Origin: Felis catus | Taxonomy: Eukaryota | NCBI RefSeq assembly: GCF_018350175.1 | Contig: NC_058369.1 | Span: forward strand, 12,958,001 to 13,022,000 | Direction of reading: 5' to 3' | DNA: 64,000 bases | Shown here: piece by piece, positions 23,187-33,503 of the stretch | Layout: each line of letters starts with the position of its first letter | Position numbering within the stretch: the first letter of the stretch is position 1 | The notes under the pieces: generated by a model | Database searches by the model: none | Told to the model about the DNA's origin: nothing | Seen by the model: only the letters and a program-made list of their open reading frames with translations | Position numbers and translations under genes: made by a program

Positions 23187-23421
23187 AATTAAAAAACAAA
23201 AAAGCCCTCATTAGCCTGTGAAAGTCCTTTTAAAGGACTCTCTTTTGCCTTTACCTACCCCCACTCCATAGTATATAATCAGTCACTCCTCACAACCCCA
23301 GTGCGGCCGCGGGTCCTGTCCCTGTGCTTTAATGAGGTCACCTTTTTGCACCAAAGACGTCTTCAAGAGTTCTTTCTTGGCCGTTCAGCTCCGGACGCTC
23401 ACCACTCCAAAAACCACATCA
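22350..23421 (+). mobile_element. ERV1-type LTR (copy C) with two SINE insertions
   Basis: TATA-like GTATATAA near 23271; ends ...CACATCA; SINE at 22494-22714 with 17-bp TSD; start approximate. Confidence 0.65.
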
Positions 23422-23934
23422 CCTCCGCCACCAGACTGGGTGAGCTCCTAAAAGCAAAGCCCACGCACGTGTCCTTATCACCGTCACTGCGAGGGCCTGG
23501 CACACAGTAGTTACGCAGTAAATGTGAAATGTGAGCTGAGTGGAGACTGTGAACTAGAAGCTCAGTGTCCTCCCTTCCCCGTTGCCCCCATTCCACATGA
23601 AAGAAACCAGAGCCCAGAGAGGCCCGGTCGCAGGGCAGGGTCACACAGCAGCGGCTGACCACTGGGAGATTCCTGCTGGAGCCGGAACCCCACAGACTTG
23701 CAAGACTGACTTCTCAGGGCCCCGCTGAGTCACAGCCAGTGAGGGAAAAAAGGGGGCTATCAGGGAGTAAGAATTTCCTGCCCCCTTCTACATCTTTCTA
23801 GCCAGACTAAGAATCAAACTGACACGAGACAGAGTAACAAGAGAACATAAAGTTTAATTTCATACATATGGGGAATCCACACAGACAGGGAAATTCCAAA
23901 GCCAGGCAAAATCAGGTATCTATGTCATTCTATG

Positions 23935-24404
23935 CCTTTTTTTTTTTTTAAGTTTATTTATTTGAGAGAGAGAGGGAGAGCGGGAAGGTGGAGAGAGAGA
24001 GAGAGAGAGTTTCCAGCCGGCTCCGCGCTGTCAGAATGGAGCCTGACTCTGGGCTCGAACTCGCGAACCCGTGAGATTACAACCTGAGCTGGGTTGGACC
24101 CTTAACTGAGTTAAGACGCAATCAAGAGTTGGACTCTTAACTGACTGAGCCACCCTGGCGTCCCGGGTATAGAAGTCATTCTTTTTTTTTTTTTTTTTTT
24201 TAAACATTTATTTATTTTTGAGACAGAGAGAGACAGAGCATGAACAGAGGAGGGTCAGAGAGAGAGGGAGACACAGAATCTGAAACAGGCTCCAGTCTCT
24301 GAGCGGTCAGCACAGAGCCCGACGCGGGGCTCGAACTCACAGACCGCGAGATCATGACCTGAGCTGAAGTCGGCCGCTTTACCGACTGAGCCACCCAGGT
24401 GCCC
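23935..24404 (-). mobile_element. Two CAN-SINEs
   Basis: Second copy flanked by TSD TAGAAGTCATTCT. Confidence 0.88.
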
Positions 24405-24526
24405 CTAGAAGTCATTCTAAACTGAAGAGAGGAGGAGGGTAGGGGTCTGGGACTTCAAAGGGAAGGAACACAAGTCACAGGAAGATGAAAAAGAGTGAAC
24501 GTTTAGTAAACAAATACGTGCTGGGC

Positions 24527-25614
24527 TGCCGGGGTCCAGCCTCAGCAGGTGCAGGGGTTCCCGAAGGATGAACGGCGGCGTCAGCGAAAATAACAAATGG
24601 ATGCAGACAACAGCAGCGTGTTAGCCTGGCCGCTTTATTGTGGCGAACGTGGCATTACGTTTGTTAGCGATTTCCTTGTAGCGCGCGTTCTCTGTTTCTC
24701 GGCGTGACCTAATTCTAGAAACGTCCCTTTGTGCAATCACCCGTTAAGGAACGTCATGATTATTTTCCTGTAACGTTCCCTCCTGCCCTTTGCTTGTTGG
24801 TTGATTTCTTCATACTGCTTTCATTATGTATCTACGCTTATCTACGGTCTCTAAAGCATTTGCTTTGCCGTTTTCACGAAAGGTCATCTAGCTCTCGACA
24901 CTCAAAGGTCATTTAGCGCCTCAACTGGAACGTTTACAAGGACATGGCTTCTTGATTGTTCCTTTGAACCATTTGCGGTACAAGGAACCGAAGTATTCGC
25001 TTTGGTCTGGGGTGCCGGGAGGGAGCCAAGAGGGCCCCGGGAACCCACGCCTTATGCGCTCCCAGAGAGACAACGGATACCTAGGAACTAATGAACCATT
25101 CTGTACCTCAACCCACCAGGTCCCTCTATCACCTGGAATGCCTCCTGGGGGCCAAGTGGGCCTAGGGGTTGGAGTAACTTGTATCCACGGATACATTCCT
25201 TTGTGCCGGAGTGGGGATTTCCAACCCATTTGTCCCCCTCCTCGGCTGGGAAATGTAGGAGGCTATCCTTCCTTTAGGCAGAGGAGTCTTTATAGGGGGT
25301 GGCAAGGGCTGCATGTGGGGCGGCATAATTTCCCCGCGGAATCTTGTTTCTTTCCCCAATGGTTCTCTTCCCGGGGGGAAGGGGGGGCGTGTCGCGGGCA
25401 ATTCCCCAACCGACAAATCCCCAGGTACTTTCATTGGTGGGGGGGGGGGCTGCCCTGACCAACGCTAAGGCCAAATTACATAAAAAGCGGGAGTACAAGA
25501 AGCTTCACTGTCCGTGGGCCGCCGTGCAGTCCCGATCCGTCCACCGATCCGTCCACCCCCCCCCCCCCCCCGGGGCCCTGCCATCAGGCTGATTGGAGAG
25601 CTTGGCTTCCGGCC
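24527..25614 (-). mobile_element. Young solo LTR, probably class II (betaretrovirus-like), with 6-bp TSD
   Basis: CTGGGC at 24521-24526 and 25615-25620; termini TGCCGG...CCGGCC (inverted); AATAAA on minus strand at 24634-24639; CpG-rich. Confidence 0.75.
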
Positions 25615-26459
25615 CTGGGCCACTCAGAAACAATGGGACACAGAGGATTTCGGGTCAAAGAGGCCTTGCTCAGTTCCTGTCTACCACATCTAGTGAACAT
25701 CACATCTAGTATGATGTTTTCATCTGTGGTGATAGCTCTCTTCCTGGAGCGGGTCCTCTATTTAAATTCTTTTTAGGAGGTTGCGGGGGGGTGGGGGGGT
25801 GGGGGGGGGTGGGGAGGACAGAGCTTTTCCTGAATCTGCTGGGCTTTGATTGTTTTTTATTATTTGCTTATTTTTAAAGTCTCTTTATTTCTTTTGAGAG
25901 CGAGAGCGCAAGTGGGGGGGCAGAGAGAGAGAGAGAGAGAGGGAGAGAGAATCCCAAGCAGGCGCCCGCACTGTCAGCGCAGAGCCCAAGGCGGGGCCCG
26001 GACTCATGAACCGTGAGATCATGGCCCGAGTCGAAGTTGGCCGTTTCACTGACTGAGCCACCCGGGCGCCCCTGATTGCTTTTTATTTTTTATTTTAGTT
26101 TCTTTTTTCAAGTAGGCTCTACGTCTGACGTGGGCCTCGAAATCACGAGCCCGCGGCCAAGAGTCGCGTGCTCTCCTGATGGAGCCAGCCAGGCGCCGCG
26201 TGATTGCTTTTTTATCTCAAAATAGTCTTCCTGCCAAAGTGGCCCATCTTGGCCCCTACAGGGGTGTCTTTAGGAGGGAGAGAAGTTTATACTCAGCCAC
26301 GTATAGGGGCTTGGGAGGAGAAATGTTCTGAACGGGTTGAGTCCATCATGTTGGGCAAGCCTGTCCCCCTTTATCATCGAAACGCAGCTCTGGGGGCGGG
26401 AGTTGAGGACAGAGGTGGGTGGGCCCGCAGGCCACCCTAGTAGTCATTAAATTTTTGCA

Positions 26460-27125
26460 AGAGAATGCTGAGCCCATGTGAATGATTAACTAAGCCTTTC
26501 TTTGTATATTTATAGATCATGCGTTCTTTCCCAGAAAGAACAGAGCGCTTCTGCACCACCCTGGGCACCAAGGACCCAAACCCTCTAGCACCTCCCGGGC
26601 TCCCCCCCCCCACCGGGGCACCAAGGAACCAGGATCCCTTGCACAACCTCTGAGCACCACACTAGCAAGGTCTGTAGCTGACACCATCGAGATGGCACAT
26701 AATTAAGAATTGTCACAGGCCCCTGCACTCCCTTAACTGATTAACTGTGTCCTCAATCCCTTTAAAAATCTCTGGGCCGGGCAGAAACCTCGGAGTTGCC
26801 TTTTGGACAAGAGTCGGCCTTCTCCCCAGGTGGCCGGCCTCCAGAACGAGACGCATATTCCTTTCCAATCAAAACTTGTCTCTTGAATGTGAGCCCCCGT
26901 CAGGCGATGGGCTGCGGTAACAGGTGGGGGGAGGCCCCGGGTCCGGCGAGAAGGGTTTGCTTCTGGGCATCGGGAGTTTCGATTGCTCGAGCAGCTGAGA
27001 AATCCCGAGCAAATCCAGGGACTTCTCATTTCACACGGGTGAAATGACTTGGTCATCATAAAGCAACCTCCTGAGCCCTCCTGCGAGCTGGGGACACAAG
27101 AGAGGAGGAAGACCAGAATCTCCGC
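26460..27125 (+). mobile_element. ERV1-like LTR ending GGTAACA (~26920) followed by leader-like sequence
   Basis: TTTAAAAA TATA-like element and a typical GGTAACA LTR end; family not assignable by eye. Confidence 0.45.
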
Positions 27126-27130
27126 TTCTA

Positions 27131-27320
27131 GAGCAGAGGTTCTCACAGGAAGGGAGTCTGCACCCCCACGGGGAACTTGGTAATGCCCGAAGGCAATCTG
27201 TGTCGTCGCCGCCCGGGGGTAGGGGCACAGGCATCTGGTGGATGGAGGCCAGGGGCGTTGTTCAAGATCCCCCAGCACCACAGAGAACAATTCAGCTCAA
27301 AAGTCAGCAGTGCTGATAGA
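27131..27320 (+). mobile_element. MER20-like hAT DNA transposon remnant (further copies at ~34480-34900 + and ~57880-58090 -)
   Basis: CAGAGGTTCTCA..., GGCATCTGGTGGATGGAGGCCAGGG; the other copies carry CCCCAGGGGACATTTGGC and TTGAGAACCACTG. Confidence 0.6.
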
Positions 27321-28017
27321 CACAAAGGTCCTGGCTCCTGCGCCAAGGGCAGGAAGCTGCCTGGACAATGGTTGGGATTCCAGCAGAACTTGGAGAAAGG
27401 GAGGTAACAGAGGAGGAAGGCTTTGTAGAGCCTGCGAGGATCCCAGAAAGCAGATGAAGAGTCTATCGGGACAACAGCTCTCAATGGTGAAGAAGCAGAG
27501 GGACTCTCTGTAGGAGGGGTTCCCAGAGTGGGGCACTGCAGGATGAATAGGAGTTTGGGGCGGGGGCGAGCCTTGTGACAAAGACCTGGCGTGTGTGTGT
27601 CTGCAGATCCAGGTTTGAGTACCAGCCCCGAATTTTCTGTGGGATGGGATTGGAAAGTACAAAAGGATGTCCCCCCATCACAGCCTTGGTTTCCTTACTG
27701 GGACACGCCTCGGAAGATCCAGTGAGGAAGTGAGAGTAGATAGGAGAGCAAGAATAGATTGCCCCGCGCACAGCTGGTGAGGGTGTACATACAGTCCTTT
27801 AAGACAGTCCCACTGAGGAGGGCCAGGGAGGCGGTGGGATGCTGCCTGCCCAAACCCTAGGGGTTCCTGGGAACATTCTGGAGCAGCATTTGGTGTGGAT
27901 GTCTGTGGGTGTCCACATTTGCCTGCAGGACAGGGCCCAGACGCAGCGGGGTGACACAATGGCACTCCAAGAACTTCAGAGCAATGTCTTTCTCCCCGGA
28001 AGGGGTGTTTACTTTTT

Positions 28018-28249
28018 TTTTTTTTTAATTTTTTTTTCAACGTTTATTTATTTTTGGGACAGAGAGAGAGAGAGAGAGACAGAGCATGAACGGGGGAGGG
28101 GCAGAGAGAGAGGGAGACACAGAATCGGAAACAGGCTCCAGGCTCTGAGCCATCAGCCCAGAGCCCGACGCAGGGCTGGAACTCACGGACGCGAGATCGT
28201 GACCTGGCTGAAGTCGGCCGCTTAACCGACTGCGCCACCCAGGCGCCCC
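28018..28249 (-). mobile_element. Young CAN-SINE inserted at the BST2 poly(A) signal
   Basis: TSD AGGGGTGTTTACTTTTT at 28001-28017 and 28251-28267. Confidence 0.93.
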
Positions 28250-28578
28250 GAGGGGTGTTTACTTTTTAAGGAGGTCAGAGACCTCAGAGGACAGTGAGCT
28301 TCCAGAAACCGTGACAGCAAGAAGCAGGTCTCCCCGTCCCACGCCCTGCCTAGCGCTGCAAGGGGGAGGGGGCGGGGAAGCCCGAGGGGGAGGCAGCCCT
28401 GGGCCAGCTCCCCTGTTTGTCCAACCTCAAGGCTTCTCCGTGTACCTCCAGCTGCTGCCCGGCCCCCCCCCCCCCCTTCCCCTAATTGTGCCACAGCGTG
28501 GCCTCTTCAGAACCGGTCAGGTCAGGTCAAGCCTCCAAGGCGAAAGCAGAGCAGGAACGGACCAGTCCAGACTGTGGC
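28250..28578 (-). other. BST2: BST2 non-coding exon 5 (3' UTR) with AGTAAA poly(A) signal
   Basis: cctcttag| acceptor at 28579-28580; sequence resembles the recalled human BST2 last exon (GGTCCGT.CCTGCTC...; ...AAA.TAAACAC..C); AGTAAA at 28258-28263. Confidence 0.65.
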
Positions 28579-28827
28579 CTAAGAGGCATCATAAGAGGGA
28601 CTCAGGGTGGACTGAAGGGGAACAAAAGACGCCCCGCCCCCTCCCTAAGCCTCGCCTCGCCCCGGGCCCCAGGCCTCCTCCCCACTCAGTGAGCTCTCTC
28701 TCCCTCCCCCAAACCCCTCCCTGTGCAGGCAGGCCGCCTCCCCAAATCCTGGCTCATCCTGGACTCCCTCCTTTCCGTCCCCAGCTTTCTTCTACCCCAG
28801 GCCGCCCCCTTCTTACCCGCAGGGACC

Positions 28828-28948
28828 TCAGGCCAGCAGAGCAACGAAGGCCAGGAGCAGGTGCACAGAGACCACCAAGGGGCTGAGCGCTTTCAAGGAG
28901 CTGGCAGACGCGACTTCCTTTTTCTTGCTCGAGGTCTCAGTCCCTTTT
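28828..28948 (-). CDS. BST2: BST2 exon 4 (GPI-anchor signal and stop)
   Basis: ttcccccag| acceptor; KGTETSSKKKEVASASSLKALSPLVVSVHLLLAFVALLA*; GTAAGA donor 11 nt after the stop. Confidence 0.95.
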
Positions 28949-29187
28949 CTGGGGGAAGATGTGGGCACGACTCAGGCAACCGCCCGGGACTGATTGCCAC
29001 CAGCTCTAGCCTCGTCGCCCCTCAGAATCTCCCCTCTCCCCCCGCACCAAGTCAGTGGGGAGGAGAGTGGGCTTGTAGGACCAGAGGGGCAAGGATGGGA
29101 TTCAAACTTTGCGTGCAAAGGGGGTCCGGGGTCTCGGGGTAGGACGGGCGGGTGGAAGGGGCGTGGTCGGGGGGGCGTGGCGCCAAC

Positions 29188-29248
29188 CTCAGTCTTTCCA
29201 CCTCCACCGAAGCGTTCTGCAGCTTGTGCTTCAACTCCTCAATCTCTC
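29188..29248 (-). CDS. BST2: BST2 exon 3 (61 nt)
   Basis: cccaccttag| acceptor; EIEELKHKLQNASVEVERL (N-A-S sequon); weak AG|GTTGGC donor. Confidence 0.92.
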
Positions 29249-29525
29249 CTAAGGTGGGAGAGAAACGGCAGGGTGGGGGAGGGGGGGAACCCGTCAGCAC
29301 AGTGGCACCGTCCTTCACCGGGCTCCATCCTGGGACCTAAGACCGCCTCCGCCCCGCCCCCACGCCACCCCATCTTGGAAACCTGACGTCCTCCTTTCAC
29401 ACCCTCCACTGGGATTTTCTGGCAGCTCCCTAGCGACCCCAACCCTGGGGCCCTCCCTCTCCCCTCTTCAATACTTGACCCATCCCTCCGAATCCGTCTC
29501 CTTGGAAAGCTTTGTGCTTTCTCAC

Positions 29526-29601
29526 CCCGAAGCTCCTTCCCTTTCGCGAGCCACTCCTGGCTCTGGGCCTTCTCCATCTCCAGGGAAGCCAACAGGGTTA
29601 C
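29526..29601 (-). CDS. BST2: BST2 exon 2 (76 nt)
   Basis: ctgtcccag| acceptor; VTLLASLEMEKAQSQEWLAKGKELR; G|GTGAGA donor. Confidence 0.94.
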
Positions 29602-30372
29602 CTGGGACAGAGGGGAGGGCTAGAGACTGGGGTTCTGGCCTAGAGGGGGGGCTGCAGACCAGGGCCCCAGACTCCCTTCCCAGGCCCTAGGTTCAGAGGG
29701 GTCCAGGTCCAAACCCCTTTCAGATTCACCTCCGATCCTCCCTGCACCCCAGTCTCCCGCCTCCAAGTATGGCCACAACCTCCCATCCTCCCAGGGCCGC
29801 TAAGGATGTGATCCTCGAAATAGGGGGGTTGAGGCCCCCAACGTGGGAATTTGGAGGCTCCCTATGCCCAAAGCCTAGGAGAAACTCCTAGACCTCTTTT
29901 TGCCCAAGATTTAGAGGTCCCCTCTAGCCCAGAACACAGGGGGATTTCTGAGCCCAAGTTAGACGTCAGCGTCCCATATCGGGACCCAAATGAAAGTTTC
30001 AAAGTCTCTCTCTCATTCAGTGGATGTATAAAGAGCCCCTTCCCATCCCAACCCCTAGATGGGATCTCTGCTATACAGGATTGGTGCCAAGAGGAGTTTC
30101 TAGCCCCCCCACAGCAGGCTGGAGGTTTTTGCACATCCTAGCGGGGATACTGACACACCCGATTTGGATGCTCCAAGGAGTTTTAAGGCCCTGCCCCACA
30201 CCAGCACTGCTGAGAGAATTCAGAGGTCCCCAAAGCCTGATGGGGGGTTATTGGGACTCAGGTCCCTATATGAGGGTCCAGGGGCAGTTTCAAGGTCTGT
30301 CTTTATCTCCATCTAGACCGGTGGGGACCACCCAAGCACGGGGGGGCCTCTCCAGGAACTGCAGTAGCTTAC

Positions 30373-30618
30373 CAAAGTCTCGTTGCAGGTGGCAGCCTGG
30401 ACCTCGTTCCTCAGTAAGCCTTCCCAGGCTTGGGTTAGCCGGACCTCCAGGAGGCGGGTGACACCGTGACACTCCTCCTCTGCTAGGAGGCCATCCTTGC
30501 AGGCTTTGCTGTTGGCCTTGACAACAAAGATGACCAGGGCCACGGACAGACCCAGCACCGCCAGGATCAGAAAGCCCCCCAGCCACCTCTGCCACCCAAG
30601 ACTCCGACCTGGCACCAT
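30373..30618 (-). CDS. BST2: BST2/tetherin exon 1 (short cytoplasmic tail, TM, Cys-containing ectodomain)
   Basis: MVPGRSLGWQRWLGGFLILAVLGLSVALVIFVVKANSKACKDGLLAEEECHGVTRLL...AATCNETL; three Cys and an N-E-T sequon; TTG|GTAAGC donor. Confidence 0.95.
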
Positions 30619-30842
30619 TGACTCTGAGTAGTCAGTCCTGGGCACAGGCCAATAGTGGTAAAAAGCAGGTGCCTCTACATCTGCCCCTGAATGAGTGAGT
30701 TTGGGCAGGAGCTAGGGGGGTGCTGGGACGTCCTATTGGCTGAGGCCGCCCCCTTATTAACATAACGGCCGTCCTGGCCAATGACAAAGGCTCGAGAGAA
30801 TCCTTTGACCTGGAGGCTCTGGAATGGGTATTTGCAGGCAGA

Positions 30843-30875
30843 AGTTTCGGCTTTCAGTTTCTATTTCCCAGGAAA
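30843..30875 (-). promoter_or_regulatory. BST2 promoter tandem ISRE/IRF elements with an adjacent GAS-like site
   Basis: Plus strand AGTTTCGGCTTTCAGTTTCTATTTCCCAGGAA: four TTTC repeats including AGTTTCTATTTCC; about 225 nt upstream of the ATG. Confidence 0.8.
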
Positions 30876-32169
30876 GAGGTGGGTTATTTGTGCTGAATTA
30901 AAACCTTGAGCTTTTCTGGCTTGGTGTCCGCAAATGAGTTCCTGTGGGCGGAGAGCTAGGGCTGCCTGGGACACCCCATCTCAAGTTCCTGCACCTCCCC
31001 TGCAGGTAACTGAGGGTGACAGCTGCAGTTACGAGGCGTCTGGTGCATGCCAGCCTGCTGTTCACGTGTACCAGGACCTGAGGAGGCAGAAGCTGCCGTT
31101 GATTCAGCCTCAAGCCGGAGAAACTGAGGCTGAGAGGTGTGTGGAAGACTGGGGGCAGGGCCTGGCTCTGACCCAACAGGCTGGATATTGTGTTTAGGGG
31201 TCTCCGTGATGACCCAGCCGGGGCTCACTTAGCGTCCCTGGGCCCACCGAGGGGACTATAGGAAACCATGCAGGGTATCTGAGGAGGGACTGGAGGCTGG
31301 GAAAATGAAAGCCCAAGCCCAGAGAGGCTCTGGATGCCCCCCACCCTCCGAACCCGCCCTCCACGCAGGCCGCAGTTCTCAACTTGGCCACCAGGGGCCG
31401 CCACAGCCAACAAATAAAGTCGCCCAGGTCCCTGTCCTGGCTCCAGCAGGAAATAGGCTCCGACTTCTAGATTCTGCCTCTCTATCCCAGGGCACCAAGT
31501 AAACCCTCTGAACCTCCATTTTGTCATCTGTAAAGTGGGGCAATAACAGGAGCGGCCTCGTCAGTAGGGGCCAGTGAGGAGTTTCTAGCAAAGTGCTTCG
31601 GTGTCCAGTAGGCACTCAATGGATGCCGGGCAGGAAGAAAGGTGGGTAACACAGAAATACGGCCATTCTGAAGAAAGACAACCTGGACCATTTGGGATAC
31701 GGTGAACCCAAAGTGCCCGGGGAGTGTCGGGGGTCCAGGGAGAGGCCTCAGAAGGGGCCGGACTCTGCAGCCAAATAACAAAGAATGGGGGGGATCTTGC
31801 TGAAGCGCCTTGAGGAGGGGTCTCCCACCCTGGCCAGGCCCCTAAGTGCAAACACGTGACCCTTGGCAAAGCTGACTTTGCCCTGCGCTGGCCTTCAAAC
31901 TTTGGGGTCGGCTCGGGACCACAACTGCAGGTCAGAGGCCGAGGTTGTGGGTGAAGAGCCCTTGGAGGACCTGGGCGAGTGATTTCCTCTCAGCCTCGGT
32001 TTCTGCAGCTGTAAAATGGGTGTGACTGATAATAGAACCTTTTGGTGCGCCCTTAATTTCTGCAGCTGACGCGAGGGCCTTACTTCCCTTCCTCTGGCCC
32101 TGGCCCTGGCAAACAGTAAGTTTTTCCCTCTAAAATTCCAGTGGAAACGGGCTGCCATTTTTCTGATTT

Positions 32170-32860
32170 TAGCCTTGTTACTTTTTTTTTTTTTTAAAGG
32201 ATCATTTTATCTTAGAATAGTTTTGGATTTGCAGAAAAATAGCGAAGACGGTACAAAAATGTTCCATATGCTCCAATTCCAGTTTCTCCTCCTTTTGACA
32301 TCTTCCAGGTCTATGGCACCTCTGTTATAATGACTGAACCAATACTGATAACTAACGTCTTGCATTATTAGTAACTAAAGTCTATACACTATTCAGATTC
32401 CCTCAGTTTTTCTTAATGTCCTCTTTCGGACCCAGGACCCCAGGTTACATTTAGTTGCCACACCTCCTTAGGCTCTTCTGGGCTGAAAAACAGTTTTGGG
32501 CTTTCTTGCTCTTGATGACCTTGACAGTTTTGAAGACTGGTCAGGTGTTTTGTAAGATGCTCCCCAGTTGGGATTTGTCTGGTGTTTTTCCATGGTTGGC
32601 CTGGGGTGACAGTTTGGGGGAGGACCGCAGAGGTGAGGTGTCCTTCTTGGTGCACTGTGTCCAGGGCACATGCCGTCAGCGTGACTTTTCACTACGATGT
32701 TGACCTTGACCACCGGGCTGAGGTGGCCTCCGTCAGGTGTCTCCACTGTGAAGTTACTCTCTGCCCCCTTTCGGTGCGGCGCCCCATGGAAGGAAGTCAG
32801 GGTGTGCAGCCCATGCCTAAGCCCACATCCTGGGCAGGAGGGAGAAGCACAAACAGGACT
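32170..32860 (-). mobile_element. Old L1 3' UTR fragment upstream of BST2
   Basis: TAGAATAGTTTTGGATTTGCAGAAAA, GACCTTGACAGTTTTGAAGACTGGTCAGGTGTTTTGTAAGATGC. Confidence 0.65.
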
Positions 32861-32946
32861 TTTTCTTTTTGTGGTTAATCTTTTCCTTCCTTTCTTCCTT
32901 CCTTCCTTCCTCCCTCCCTCCTCCCCCCCTTCCCTCTTTTTCTTTT

Positions 32947-33503
32947 NNNNNNNNNNNNNNNNNNNNNNNNNNNNNNNNNNNNNNNNNNNNNNNNNNNNNN
33001 NNNNNNNNNNNNNNNNNNNNNNNNNNNNNNNNNNNNNNNNNNNNNNNNNNNNNNNNNNNNNNNNNNNNNNNNNNNNNNNNNNNNNNNNNNNNNNNNNNNN
33101 NNNNNNNNNNNNNNNNNNNNNNNNNNNNNNNNNNNNNNNNNNNNNNNNNNNNNNNNNNNNNNNNNNNNNNNNNNNNNNNNNNNNNNNNNNNNNNNNNNNN
33201 NNNNNNNNNNNNNNNNNNNNNNNNNNNNNNNNNNNNNNNNNNNNNNNNNNNNNNNNNNNNNNNNNNNNNNNNNNNNNNNNNNNNNNNNNNNNNNNNNNNN
33301 NNNNNNNNNNNNNNNNNNNNNNNNNNNNNNNNNNNNNNNNNNNNNNNNNNNNNNNNNNNNNNNNNNNNNNNNNNNNNNNNNNNNNNNNNNNNNNNNNNNN
33401 NNNNNNNNNNNNNNNNNNNNNNNNNNNNNNNNNNNNNNNNNNNNNNNNNNNNNNNNNNNNNNNNNNNNNNNNNNNNNNNNNNNNNNNNNNNNNNNNNNNN
33501 NNN
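32947..33503. other. Assembly gap (557 N)
   Basis: Run of N between a pyrimidine microsatellite and SINE sequence. Confidence 1.

Larger units (their letters stand above)
23740..26260 (-). mobile_element. Old LTR (MER21/MER34-like) fragmented by SINEs and by the class II solo LTR
   Basis: Motifs such as ATCTCAAAATAGTC..TGCCAAAGTGG and CTAGCCAGACTAAGAATCAAACTGAC recalled from old eutherian LTRs; sequence resumes on both sides of the inserts. Confidence 0.45.
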
